From positions 7,502,001 through 7,566,000 of the forward strand of contig CM035358.1 of the NCBI GenBank assembly GCA_020137815.1: 64,000 nt of DNA. Reading direction: 5' to 3'. Shown in pieces: positions 22,084 to 39,324 of the stretch; the first letter of the stretch is position 1; each line of letters starts with the position of its first letter. Source of the DNA: Hormiphora californensis (taxonomy: Eukaryota > Animalia > Ctenophora). The translations under genes were made by a program, and so were the position numbers. The notes beneath the pieces are model-generated. The model searched no databases. It had not been told where the DNA came from and saw only the letters and a list, made by a program, of their open reading frames with translations.

Positions 22084-23578
22084 ATGACGACACGTTTATC
22101 TAACGCAGAGATCCAATACATCGTCGATGGAGTGGAACAAGACTTCAGGTACAGCTAAAACCCATCCTACCGGTGTCTGACGATTTGATAATTTAATTTC
22201 TGACGATCCGAAAAAGACTCAAATTCCTTCCTCTTATCAGGAGCGATGGTCGTGGTGCAGAAGACTACCGTCAGATAGAGTTGGAAACACGGGTATTGCC
22301 GAACACCAACGGTTCCGCTCGGTGCAAACTCGGCAAGACGGAGGTATTGGTGGGAGTGAAGGCTGAAGTTGTGGATGTTGATGTTCATGCTCCACACATT
22401 GGGAAACTGGTGATAACGGCAGATTGCTCTGCAGTTGCATCTCCTAAATTCGTTGGTAAGTGCCGCCTGTAACTGTGGGTATTTACCCTGTTGGTGGAGC
22501 CCTATTTGCTCTATTATAAATATTCAGTTCTAACTTTTTCACGAAAAAGAAAATAGTGCGATAAGTTGAACTTCGTGACACTCACAACTCTGTATTTTCC
22601 AGGGAAAGGAAGCGAAGCTCTGGAGAATGATCTAACGAATGTCTTGAGTTTCCTCTACAACTCTACCAACACTATCTCTCTAAAGGACCTCTGTATTGTT
22701 AAAGGGGAGTCATGCTGGCAGCTACACGTTGATGTACTATTTGTTCAATGTGGAGGTAAGTGTAGAAATAATATTCGATCCGACTCATTAGTAAGTAGAA
22801 ATATTGACCTTAATCAATCACACTAAAACGTGATGGAATAGTAATAATGAAACACTCTGTACGAAACTAAATTGGATGTTCTGATTTTGCAGGAAACCTG
22901 TTTGACGTTGCATCTATTGCACTGAAAGCCGCCCTATACAGTACAACTCTACCAATAGTAAAAGTGTCGGGGGAGGGGATAGAGATGGAGATGGAGGTTT
23001 CTGACGACCCATATCATGTGTGGAAATTGGATGTGTCTAATTGCCCAATTTGCATAACTCTCTATCAGGTTATTAGCAATCACTTCTCTAACCTGTTTTT
23101 CCCTCTAATTTTCCTTCCTGACCTAATTCATTATTTACTCATTAAGATATAATATTAGACCTAATATATACTGGCTAATATTAATCTAATAAACACAACT
23201 ACTTTAGATCGGTGGAGGGTTTGCAGTGGATCCTTCAGAGGAAGAGGTAGCTTGCAGTGAGGGGTTTGTTCATGTTGGTGTCCAGCCCAACGGTGACATG
23301 TCATCCATGGAGAAAGCAGGTAAACTTGGGATCAACATCCATATAATAATAAACATGATTTATCATTTCTTCAGACTTGGATCGGGGAGTGAGAGACTGT
23401 GTACAATTTCATATTGCGTATAATTTCTTCACTAAGTTTAATTTCACAATCAGGTGCAGGAAATATTGATCCCACGACCCTGTTGGAGATGGTAGAAGTG
23501 GGAGTGAGGGTGGGAGAGGAGATTCACAAGCAGTTAAACAAGCAATTGGATGCAGAGAAATCTCTCGCTAAATTATAG
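22084..23578 (+). CDS. EXOSC7: Exosome complex component RRP42
   Basis: 6 exons. MTTRLSNAEIQYIVDGVEQDFRSDGRGAEDYR, NTNGSARCKLG, CWQLHVDVL, GGNLFD, DPSEEE (RNase PH fold). Confidence 0.9.
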
Positions 23579-23754
23579 CGATTTTATATTTGTTATACCC
23601 CCCTCTTTTTAAAGCGATTAATTTATTATTTTATTACCCGGTTTTATTAAGTCTAAGTGCTGTTTGTTTTTTTGCTTACATTGACTCTTTCCAATAACTC
23701 AAACCTTACTAACTAACCATGATCTTCCGTCTCTAGACACACATCTAGCCCATA

Positions 23755-24185
23755 ATGTCTGCTGCTCACGTACGACTCGCCCTGATGGGATCTGCTGGGT
23801 TTGGGGTCGCTCTTGCTGGAGCCTTCTACCTCACCAAACCCTTCCTCAAGACCATGTTAACCAAGGGTCCCCAGGACTTCATGGATCTGGATAAGGCTCG
23901 AGGTGGTGTAACTGTCGTCCAGTAAGTAATGAAAGAGTACCACCCACACATTTTGTCTAGCCCTTATCACTCTGCACTCTGCACTCGACTCCAGTGCACG
24001 TGCCCGATCTAACACTACTATCTTCTCCGCAGTTAAACGTAAATGTCCACATAACCGTAACCCCTCCCTCTCTCCCCCGCAGTTGTGACATTCCCATCCC
24101 TGTTGACCCTGAGGAGGAATTCGAGACTGATGTCCTAGTTGAGTGGTACAACGACCAGGTTTCCAAGGGTATTATCAAGCAGTAG
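23755..24185 (+). CDS. 89-aa single-TM protein of unknown family
   Basis: Exons 23755-23921 and 24083-24185 join in frame via GTAAGT…CGCAG. Hydrophobic ALMGSAGFGVALAGAFYL segment. Confidence 0.7.
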
Positions 24186-24511
24186 AGAGAGGAAGAAGAG
24201 GATCAGATCTCTGGAAATAATCTTATTTTCTTTTTTGGAACTTAGAGATGAAATTGAAGAGAGACTGTGATATTGAAGAAAAGCTATGAAAAACATTATT
24301 AAGTGTCATGAAATCCCCTATGCAATGTGTTGTTTATAACTATGTTCCCCCTCTATGTCGTGTTGTAACTTATTACTGCCATCTAGTTTAAATTCGGTTT
24401 CCCCTTTTTTCGTAAATGAAATCTCGTCTCTCTATTCGTTGCTATCCTCAATTGGCAATCTTCTTCCCATTTCTAACCATCCCGGTCTATTTTCTAGTTA
24501 TCTCAATCAAT

Positions 24512-25001
24512 ATGGTTCTGAACCGAGTTACCTACCGACGGCGCCTGTCCTACAACACCAAGAGCAACAAGGTCCTCCTCACCAAGACTCCTGGTGGAAA
24601 ACTAGTTTACCACTATGCAACCAAGAAAACTCAGGTCTGTGAAACTCGGGTAGCTGTTTACTTGTTCGACCCTATCTTTTAGTGCACTTATGTAAAGGAG
24701 GGTTAGAACATAACAAGGTAGTTGTATAGTTGTTGAGTTAGAGGTTTTATAAATAAATTTTACAACTCCTTCCCTTCACCAGGCGACTAAGTGTGGCGAC
24801 TGTAAGAGGCCCCTCCGAGGAGTACCCGCTGTCCGACCCACCAAGCTGGCTGGACTCTCAAAGAGGGTGAAGGGTGTGAGCAGGACTTACGGAGGTTCCA
24901 AGTGCAGTGGGTGTGTCAGGAGTAGGATTATCCGAGCCTTCCTAATCGAGGAACAGAAGATTGTGGCCAGGGTCCTCAAAGCAGCCCAGTCCAAGAAATA
25001 G
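24512..25001 (+). CDS. RPL34: 60S ribosomal protein L34 (eL34)
   Basis: [16 protein letters not shown]…KTPGGKLVY and [26 protein letters not shown]; 2 exons. Confidence 0.97.
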
Positions 25002-25119
25002 ATTTTTATAATTTGACTCAGCTTTTATCTTATTTGAGAAAACTTGACGTATTTCCTTTTGTGATTTTGAAGATCTGAAAACGTGTAAGAAAATGAATTA
25101 AATTTTAACTTTTTGCAGG

Positions 25120-28100
25120 ATGGTAGATATAAGTGCACCTCTCGACTCTTCAGATCTAGTTCAACAGGACACTTCCCGAGTTAGCATCGCATTTTCAATT
25201 TCATTCGATGAACCTCGAGCCACACCAGACCATCCACACAAACGGAAACTGTTCTCAACCCCAACTTCGGCCGTACATCCCACGAACAATAGCCGACGAT
25301 TCAGCGAGTTTTTCAAATCTGAAATGACAATGCTACACATGAAATCCTTTGGGTCAGACAGGAGTCTGGGAGGGTGTATTTCTGATCTGTCGGGGGAAGA
25401 CAAGGAGAACTTATCAATCGATAGCCTCACCAATCAACTGTCACAGGAACTATCCATAGATGCCTCGGCACAATCCGATATTTCCTTTTCTAAACCCCGG
25501 CTATCCAACTCATCATCAGTAAAACAAATGAAGAAGAGTCGGTTTAGTACGTTTTTCAGGGAGCAATATTCACATCTCCATCTCAATGGTACTTCTCCGT
25601 CCAGTTCTCCGGGCGGTCTCTCTTCTGGAATCTCTGTGGGGACACCGCTGAGCTTGTCTCTGGATAGCCCGTGTATAAACAAGAATCTATCTTTGGATGG
25701 GGATGAATCTCACCATTCGGAAAAAGTGGCAGCAGAAATCCCGATATCTGATTGTGGTGAAGTTCGGTTCAATGGAACTAAATCTGATCAACTGAAGGAT
25801 GAGTCTGGTCCAGATGAACTGCCAAACATTAGTTTAGGGTATCACACTCCTCAACCTGTCTCAACAAAATCACAGATGGAATTTCCAGGATCACCACTTG
25901 CAGCTTCCACTGCTGCGATGCCACCTTTTGATGAGTCGATCGAGGAATCTCCACAACCCCATCACTCGGCTGTCTCTCTCAATACTTCATCTTTCAGAAA
26001 CAGTCCACCCACATCTCCTCTAGCAAGAAATGACCATCATCGTGCTGCCGTTTTCCCTGATTCTTCTTCCTCATCTGAAGATGATGATGATGAAGTAATT
26101 CCACCTTCTCGGAGGAAAACAGGTCATGGCACCACAATTCTAATCAGTAGTGGAGATGAGGATAGTTTTTTGGATAGAGAGGCAGTTGAGGACAATCGGG
26201 CGTTCATCTCCGATGATAATAGTAGTTTGAACGAGAGTGTAGAGAAGAGGATCCGAACCGGGGAGAGGGTCCGGAGTGATGACAGGGAAGATGAGGTTGA
26301 TGATGGGGAGTATGACAGTAGTTTTATAGACGATCAGTTGATCGATGACCAATACTCGGGTGGTGATGAGAGTGAGATAAGTATTGATGAGTTATCGTCC
26401 GAGGAAGATGATGTCTACCAGACACCTGCCCTATCCCCTCCCAAACCCACCCCTTTCTTTACTGCAAAGACGAGTGTGCCCACTAAGACCAGGGAGGATC
26501 CCTTCCGGACACCCTCAACATTCTGTTATACAGATGTACAGGGGACACCAATATCGAAGAAGAAACGGTAAGTTGCTACTTCCGGTTTACTAACTTTTGT
26601 AATCTCTTCAATATACTTCTCTTTGTCTTGCATGACCCATTCTCGAAAGTGGGTCACGCAAGGTGAGGAGCGCTCTTGCGAGAGTGTTTAAACAACCCAA
26701 TCTTATCATGTTTCTCTCCCAACCAGGAGGGAGACGTGCTTGGCAACTCCACTAAGCGTAAAGAGCAAGGTTGGAACCCCGGGTATGCCAAACAGAACTT
26801 ACAGCCGGAACCTCCTGTCTATCTCCCGTGAGCTGTACCATCAGTTCAATGACAATGTGTTCGGAGGCAACCTACCACCTGACCTTGAGATAAAACTCAA
26901 CAAGAGGTGGGTCACTGTTTGACCGAAACGTTTTATTTCAGGGGGGGGGGGGGGCTTTTACATAACTCCTAAACTTTTGAATTCTCATTTTATATGACTT
27001 GGTCTAAGAAGTATGCTATCTAACACACAATCCCAACCAGATTGAACACCACAGCTGGACGATGTGTCTATCTGAGGAAGGGGAAACAGTACAAGGCTTA
27101 CATTGAACTCTCGCCAAAGGTACATTGATCTGGAATCTGGATCTAAAATATTTTGTATCCAGTAAGATTTTACATTGTAGCTTCTTCCGCGGTTGATCAG
27201 GTCGGAAAAATTTTGTAATATCCCACTACTATTCCCCTACCAGGTTGTTGATTGTTATGAGAGATTGAAAGAGACTTTAGCACATGAGATGTGTCACGCT
27301 GCTACCTTTATCATCGACAACCTCATGGTATGTACTGGGTGTTCATTTTGGATCTTTACAAGCGTTGGCCTTCACCCAGAAAAAAGTTGACAAGATCAGG
27401 TCATGAAACTTCATACTTGGACCATTCTATACCCTCATTCAAGGTCCCTGGGGGTTTTGGAGCTCTAGCACCCCGGGAAGTGTGTTTTTGGCATCAAAAC
27501 TACCAGAAGGAATTTTTGCTGGTGCTGAGACTTTGCTAAAATGTTTTTTGGGTATTTTCTATGTCAATCCTAAAGTTTCATAGAGATTGGATGTGTTTTT
27601 CGGACTCAAAATTTCGATAAAAGTGGCTGGAAAGGCTCGAAAACAGCTCAAAAACGGCTAAAATTGAGTCTTTCCAGCCACTTTTTACGAAATTTTGAGT
27701 CTGAAAAACACATCCAATATCTATGAAACTTTAGGATTGACATAGAAAATACCCAAAAAACATTTTAGCAAAGTCTCAGCACCAGCAAAAAATTCCTTCT
27801 GGTAGTTTTGATGCCAAAAACACACTTCCCAGGGTCCCAAAGCTCCAAAACCCCCAGGAACCTTGAATGAGGGTATAGAATAGTCCAAGTATGAAGTTTC
27901 ATGACCTAATCTTGTCAACTTTTTTCTGGGTGAAGCCCAACGCTTGTAAAGATCCAAAATGAACACCCTGTACCAGTATACGAGGATGCTCCCCTACTAT
28001 CATTTGTTGTCAGAAAATCACAACATTTTTACCTAGTTAATTTTTGGTTACTTTTTCTCCAACCGTTTAGTTGTTTACATTACAGTTAGTTTTTTACCCA

Positions 28101-28819
28101 ACCGGTATTTACATTCCAGGATAACCATGGTCCTGTTTGGCAGAAATGGGCCCGGAGAGTGAACCTGAAGTATCCTGAACTGCCACCCGTGTCCCGTTGT
28201 CATAGCTACGAGATTCAATACAAGTTTAATTACAAGTAAGCTACCTCCTTGTCTAATCCTACCAAATACCATAATATTTTAGTCTGTACTGCGAAGTGTG
28301 AACATTACCGAAGCCCATATATTACTGCATGTCTTATTACTTCAGAGCTGAGACAGGTGCTAATACATCTCCTCTCTCTCTCATCTTAAATCCCCTCTCT
28401 CTCCTCCAGATGTACAGAGTCATGGTGTAACTACAAGATTGGACGACACAGTAAGAGCATTGATCTGGAACGTGCCCGGTGTCCACTGTGTTACAGCAGG
28501 TACATCGTAACAACACCCCCCTGTTTTGTTGCTCTGATCAATTGTATGAGAAGATGATATTACATAGCAAAAAGCTAATTTCGAGCTTCTCGCCCCTAAT
28601 TAATTGACTCATCTTGCATACCTCTTCTAACATACATGTCTCATCCCCAGGTTGAAGCTCCCCACGACTGCAAAGGATGCTGCAGCGTCAATCAAAACAC
28701 CCAACAAGTGGACAGAGTTTGTTAAAGATAGATTTAGTGAGGTCAAGGGAAAGTTGCCACCCCGTACCCCTCACAAAGAGGTCATGAAGGCTCTGAGCAA
28801 GGAATTCAAAACTTTGTGA
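25120..28819 (+). CDS. GCNA: Germ cell nuclear acidic protein (SprT metalloprotease)
   Basis: Long acidic disordered exon, then FNDNVFGGNLP, LNTTAGRC, TLAHEMCHAA (HExxH), HGPVWQKW, CxxC zinc finger and HMG-like C-terminus. Confidence 0.9.
27335..27970. mobile_element. Fold-back Tc1/mariner-type MITE in a GCNA intron
   Basis: Arms of ~300 bp are reverse complements. C(T/A)GGGTG termini, TA TSD. Confidence 0.9.
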
Positions 28820-29038
28820 AGTTCATTGTAAACAACCTCTGTGACAAATTATGTGTCAAATTATGTCTTTTGACACAGTTTTATTGTTATCCCCCAATCG
28901 AACAATATTCTATCTTTTTACACTATTTTATCAAATCCGTTTTAAAATTTGACAATTCTGATTCTACCCATGATACCCGTGTTTCACTCTCCAATCTTGA
29001 TAGTGTATACTGTATAATCTCTTGCCTCATTTAGCAGC

Positions 29039-29296
29039 ATGTCGTCAGAAAAACCCGCCCCTCAACCCGGTGCTGGTATCGCATCCTCTCCGGCCACAAC
29101 CCTGTTTCGTATAACAAACTTTGAGCTCTACGCCAAACCCAACAAATTCATAATGATAACCGGAGCAACGGCGTTTCTGTGTTGTGCTGTGTACTTGTAT
29201 GAGATGAGGAAGTACGCTAAGAGCCAAGGGACGGATACCGTTCAGACGTCTAGTGATGGGAAATACTCTTACGTGAAAAAGAGCAAATGGGACTGA
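29039..29296 (+). CDS. SMIM8: Small integral membrane protein 8
   Basis: TTLFRITNFELYAKPNK, TM segment, C-terminal KKSKWD. Confidence 0.9.
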   Translation: MSSEKPAPQPGAGIASSPATTLFRITNFELYAKPNKFIMITGATAFLCCAVYLYEMRKYAKSQGTDTVQTSSDGKYSYVKKSKWD

Positions 29297-29660
29297 AGAA
29301 ATAATATCTGTTTCTCGTATCTGCAGTAAACAGGATGTTTTGAGCGTCTCTAAACCCTCCACGCCTTCTCACACCCAGCTACCATAGCTATGTCGAGGAT
29401 GGGCAGAAAAAGAAAGAAAGATACTGAAAATAGTGCGGATATCCAAAGGTTCAATTTCTTGTTTCCCGCGTCTTCTCAGCTCTGTGTAAACTGATTTCAG
29501 TTAATTCAATGAGAATAATATTGGGAATGTAATAAGATGAAAGAAACTGAATATTCATGATCAGCCCACGAACTTGTGCAATTTATGTGTCCTTGGTTGT
29601 TACACGTTTCTGTGTGTTTGTAATTAATTAATTAATTAAGTTAATTAATTGTTTTTAGGG

Positions 29661-33655
<3,995 letters not shown>

Positions 33656-34291
33656 CAGCCGTAATGGGTAATAGTATTATCTTATGAAACGTGTCAGAAT
33701 GGTCTTGTTTATGTATATTTCGGAAATCTTTTTTACATCGAAAATATGGTAGTGTTGAGAGATTTTGGTGAAACAAATATGAACATGAAACAAAAAACAA
33801 AGTTTTCTGTGTGCGGGATATATAGGTTTAATAAAGTTTTTTGTGTGTGTGCGGGATATTAGGTTTTTACTGTGCCTTTTTATTTATACGTTTTTACTAC
33901 TACAACATATTACTAATGTGTCGAGTTACAAGAGAGAAAGATCTGAGAGTTATTTATAGTGGTTGTATGTTTTGTGATATGTACTCTTTTGTGTCTATTC
34001 TCGAAAATAAATCGGTAAATTTTCCACGACCCTTCGCCTTCAATTATCCCTTGTCCAATCTACCGGAACTTCTTACCCTATTAATATTTGGTAACGAAAT
34101 TACCCCTTGCAGACCCTACTACCGCGATAGTAGGGAACGCTTTAGCGTACCAAGGGGCAGGGGTAATTTCGTTACCAAGTTAGTTTCGCAGAGATTTTGT
34201 TCCCTGTTTTCTAACCTCTCACCATATTGTTAGCTAGTGTTGCCCCCCCCACCATCATTCTAACCATCCTGTTACATTAGCTGGTGTAGAA

Positions 34292-36086
34292 ATGTTGCCA
34301 GACTCAGAACAACCTGATCAGGTCGAGCAGATTAGGACTGATGAAACAAACAGTTGGTTTTGGAGACCACATACTGTCACAGGTAGGCACTTACTCTTGG
34401 CTTCAAAGATCCGTGCTTATTTGAGTTGATTTTAAATTGAATACCGATCGTACTTTTGTATTTATTAATTCCCTGCTAACCCCCGTCTCCCTCAGCCCTC
34501 GTTCTATTTGTCGTGTCCCTAGCATACTTTGCTCTCTTTGAGACAAGCTCAGATGACACAGTCCTCAACACTAAGAGAGGACTTCTCTTTGCCAGTGTGT
34601 CCTTCCTTTACATTGCAATGACACACACCAAGAATGGACCTTTCACACGGCCTCATCCCATTGTGTGGAGGTATGAGTTGGGTAGTGGGCAGAGTTTGGT
34701 AGTGGGCAGGGAATATTGGGCAGTGAGAGGTAATATTTGACTTGATTTGCTCAGATAATTATTATTCTCCAATTACACTCTCTCACACTGCTCTCCCCAT
34801 CTAGGTTGGTACTGAGTTGTTCCATGCTCTACCAACTATTCCTAATCTTCATCCTCTTCCAATCGGACAAAGACTGCAGGAAGCTTCTCAGTTATCTATA
34901 CCCAGACCTGGGGGAGCCGCTGGAGGAAATTGACTACAGGTAGGAGCAAATATATGACAGCTGTGGCTAGTCACAGGTTTGGACAGATGTTCCCATCAGA
35001 TCCTGTCTTGTCCCTTACTCTAAACAGGGAGGAAATGGAGTAATAAGGTGACACTGAAGTTGTCTCCCTGTAACACATGTTTCTCTCCCCAGTTCAAATT
35101 GTGCAATCTACGATCCAGATAGACCAGATGATCCGTACCATAATTTCTGGGATAAAATGGATTGGTTCGTTATATTCCACCTGACAGGCTGGTGGGCCAA
35201 AGCAATCGTCTTTAGGTGAGTCATTGTATCTGTATAAGATAGACTGTTTTTGTATTTCTTGTAGACTGTAACTCCCTTCCCTCTTTATCACCCTCCCTCT
35301 CTCCATCTCTATCTAACACCCCTCCCTTCCCCCCACAGAGACTACTGGATGTCCTTTGTCCTCTCCATCACATTTGAGATCCTGGAATACTCCCTCGAAC
35401 ACCAACTTCCCAACTTTGCTGAATGCTGGTGGGATCACTGGATCCTGGACGCTATCGTCTGCAATGGCCTGGGAATCTGGCTGGGCATCAAAACCCTGGA
35501 CATCTTAGAGAGCAAGACCTATGATTGGAGAGATTTGTGGTCGATCCCTGGGAACCGTGGGAAAATCCAAAGGATCCTGTCCCAGTTCACCCCTCACAGT
35601 TGGACCAAGTTTGATTGGGGATACACAGAGGATGTCAAGAGGTGGTTTATGGTCATCCTAGTTTGCACCTGTATCATGATATTTGATCTCAATACCTTCT
35701 ACTTAAAGGCAGTCCTCTGGATCCCTCCTCCCCATCCCATTAATTTCTACCGCTGTGTACTAATTGGTTTTGTCGGTGCGGTGGCACTCCGAGAAACCTA
35801 TGAATATATGAGTAACCCTAACTGTAAGAGGTTCGGACAGCAATCCTGGGTGGCTATTTCCATCCTAGCTACAGAGTGTCTGATTATTTGGAAGTTTGGT
35901 TATCATATTGTCACCAAACCCTTCCCGACACATGTCATTATATTCTGGACAGCCTTCGTAGTTATTATTTTGGGTTGGTCACTCTGGAATTTCACCTTCA
36001 AGCTACCTAGGAGGAAGAGAACAGCTAGTGGGAGATTTGTTAGCGAGTGTGCTGCAGATGATGGAAAGGCGGGGAAGGCAGAATAG
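34292..36086 (+). CDS. PTDSS2: Phosphatidylserine synthase 2
   Basis: WFWRPHTVT, GPFTRPHPIVWR, DKMDWF, FEILEYSLEHQLPNFAECWWDHWILD, LNTFYLK. Confidence 0.9.
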
Positions 36087-36549
36087 ACAGATTGGGTCAC
36101 AAACTATTTGGGGTTTTTTTCTTGCCTATGTGTGCGTGTTGTGTTGTTTTTTTTCTAGCTCGAGTTCTTTCAAGGTTATCCCTCTATAACATTGGGCAAC
36201 TGTATTGACGTTTATTAATTGATTTGTACTTTTGAAAAAAAGAACCCAATTTTATTTCGTCGGAAGATTCTCGGTCACTAGAAAGTTCCATACACTTGGC
36301 AACTTGGCCAGCGGTCACAGTTTCACCGGTCGGAACAGGAGGGCGCGACCGAAATATTGCAGGGTCCTCCGCGCAGCACTCTCCAAAATGCGCCGCGCGT
36401 GAGCTGGTGAGAATTTCTGAGCGCTGGAAAGGAAACAGGGTGCGGAGCTGAGTTCTGTCAAATTAAAACGATTTATCTCACACATACAAATACAAAAAGG
36501 GGGCACATAAAAAGCATCTCAATATATCAAAATAAACGGTGATATATTT

Positions 36550-39324
36550 TCAAAAGGGTGAATTCATGCCAAGCTTTGTTCCAAATTTCAGTTTTTGTCT
36601 CCGTTGGAACCTCAAGAATAACCTCCTATCAAACATCTTTGAAACCTCAGAGAATCCCAATTGAAGGAGGGGCAGGATAATCAATGATACAGCTGATGGA
36701 ATAGGAACTGGGGCTGGAAGAGACACGATGATAGAGACTGCGGTCACCACAGTAGGGAGTAGAGCGAGAACGAATGTTGAAGATGTCCAATTTTTCAGGA
36801 AATATCGGAGGGATAACTTTTTTGTTCGATGGGCAAATACCACACTGTTAACAACTGAAATGGAAATGAAGTTTAATGTCATAGGGAATATATCGTAGTT
36901 CAGGACTTTGAAGTGAGCGCCTTGTAATGAGGGTTTCATTGGGGTGACGATCATAAAACAACAGATTTACCTTGTATAAGTGTAACGATACCAAGATTAA
37001 ATCTCTGTATAGTTTCCAGCACTGTCTCCTGCTCTGTTATCCACACATTGCAATAATTACAAGAGGTGTATAATGATCCACAAGTTACCAGTGGACCAAT
37101 TAAAAAGAGGGTACTCCATCGTCCAAGGAAGTGTTGGTATTGTCGGCCTGTGTCCGTTATGTCGGCCTCTCTTTTTCCGGTATGTAGCTGCATTACGGCA
37201 GGATCCTGTTGATATGATTTAGTTAATTAGTTAACCCGTAGAAATGATTTAGTTACAGGTACAGGTAAGGGCTTGTTCGCGGTGATTTAAAACAAAAGTG
37301 ATTCAAATATCTTTCAACAAGGATCCACAGGGAACTGCCACAACACACATACTCACATAGCTCAGAGTGAAGGGTAGGGTAGACAAGATAGGAATGTTCA
37401 GGAGACACAAGATCAGACATCCTGGAACAGAGAGGGGAGGTGGTAGGAGAAGAAGCTGATGGATTAGAGAGTAGAGGGAGAGGGAGACATACATCCCCAA
37501 CATAAGATGACCGGATTGTTTTAGGGAGACAGAGGTGTGACGAGCAACTCTTATCAACTGGTCCACTATCTGGAAATAAAGTTAATTAAAAAATCAATTA
37601 AATTATCTAATTAAAGTACATACTGGATATAAGTATGTTGTGGGAATTCGGGGATCACCCAAGTTCATGGCGATATATTGATTGCATCCCTTGCATACTC
37701 ACTATTCACTGAATACTTTGGTGACTGAATAGTATTCAGTATAGTATTCCAGTTTTATTAATCAGTCCGGTATTTCAGTTCATTTCGGTCTGTCTCCCTC
37801 TCACATACCAGTTTACAGTTTTAGTAATCAGTCTGTCAGTTCATTTCGGTCTGTCAGTATCTCTCTCCCTCACGTACCAGGTTATCCCTGCTAAGTACTA
37901 AACTGCAGGGTAGGGTATTTAGGATGGAACTGAGGTGAAGGCAGGTCAGGGAAGTATGGTCACTAGTTTTGGCTACGTAGTCCCCTGTCGGCCACGGTAG
38001 GGTGATGTCTTTTATACCTGTGAGGAGAGATGTAAATATACTGGCAATATGGTGGTTGGTGACACCTGGCGCGACCCCCGCTCAATCTCGGTCGCGCCAG
38101 GTGTCTATGTCACCAATTGGAGAAGCTGATTGTTTTGAATAGTACTAGGTCGGTTGGAACCCGCCTGGAGATACATCGGTCTATTATACCTGAGATAAGG
38201 CATTGTTGTGGTAGGTGGGGTACCATACCAATACCAGAATCAGCCTGGAGGAACACTCTGAAGTTTTTGGATTGAAGGGAACTGCCCACACAACATACCA
38301 ATTCGTTGTTTTCCTGGAAGTAAGAGGGTAGTTGAGGGGGGGGGGGGTGTTCGTGTTGGGTGATTTGGATTGGAGTAGTTTGGGGACTCTCACTGCTGCA
38401 GTAAACACAGATTTAAAAGGAGGGAGGGAGAGAGAAAGTGAACAAAAGTGAGATAGAGAACAAACAACCAAGCAAACTATGAACAACTGAAAATGAAATT
38501 GACAGACAGATAAACAAAACAGACAGACAAAAAAACAGACGAACAAACAAAACAGTCAGATCAAGTATACCTGCATTATCTGGATCATTTCTCGTATGGC
38601 GGGGGGAGTGCAGGAGGAGAAGAGTGGAACTAGTAGGGGAACGTTATCTACCGACTCTAAATGTGGCTTTATACTCCTGATTCCCTGAGGAGAGAGAGAT
38701 AGTTTAGACATTCACAGATAAGTTACTATCAGAGATGACGAGATAATCTGTTGGTTTGAATTTTTCTTTGACATCAGGTGCAACAAAACTATTCAAACCA
38801 GGTAAGATAAGAATTAGTACCTGAGGTAGCCTGGCCTTGTAATTGGAATGGAATATGTTCCTCTCGTCAGCTGAAGTATCACTATCAACAGAGAACTGAT
38901 CAAAGTCACCTTCAGCTAGAGAGATGTGACAATTCCAACCTGGGATTGTATTGTCTTTGTCAGACGGTATAGTTGGACTTGATGATTTTACCATCAATCA
39001 TATTCTGGGTAGGCAATGGCCTAGTGAATAATGGAATACCAACTACGCATTAGGTGACTATATTGTTACTCTAAAACCAGTACCTGTTTCAAGTCCTAGT
39101 TTCGTCCCAAATGCCCGACTTCTCAGCTCATTCTCCGAACTAAAGTGTACAAATCTGATATTCGCACTATCCAGTGTCTCAATAAGGGTCACAACATCGT
39201 GGACAGGATGGAACTGGGAGCACAGGATACCGAGGAATGTCTGACCACATTGGAGCTTTAGGAGGGACTCTCCGGGACAGCAGTGGAGTGGGTTCTCAAT
39301 GGGTTCATCTAGAAAACCATAACC
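36550..39324 (-). CDS. TMEM94: Transmembrane protein 94 (P-type-ATPase-like), 3' exons only
   Basis: GQTFLG…IRFVHFS.ENELRS…LGLETG/WNCHISL, ARLP, HLESVDNVPLLVPLF, VCCVGSS, C-terminal TKLGMNSPF. 5' exons not seen in window. Confidence 0.92.
38060..38106. repeat. Short GC-rich inverted repeat GACACCTGGCGCGACC…GGTCGCGCCAGGTGTC
   Basis: 16-bp perfect IR. Related ends occur at ~8097-8182. Confidence 0.7.
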
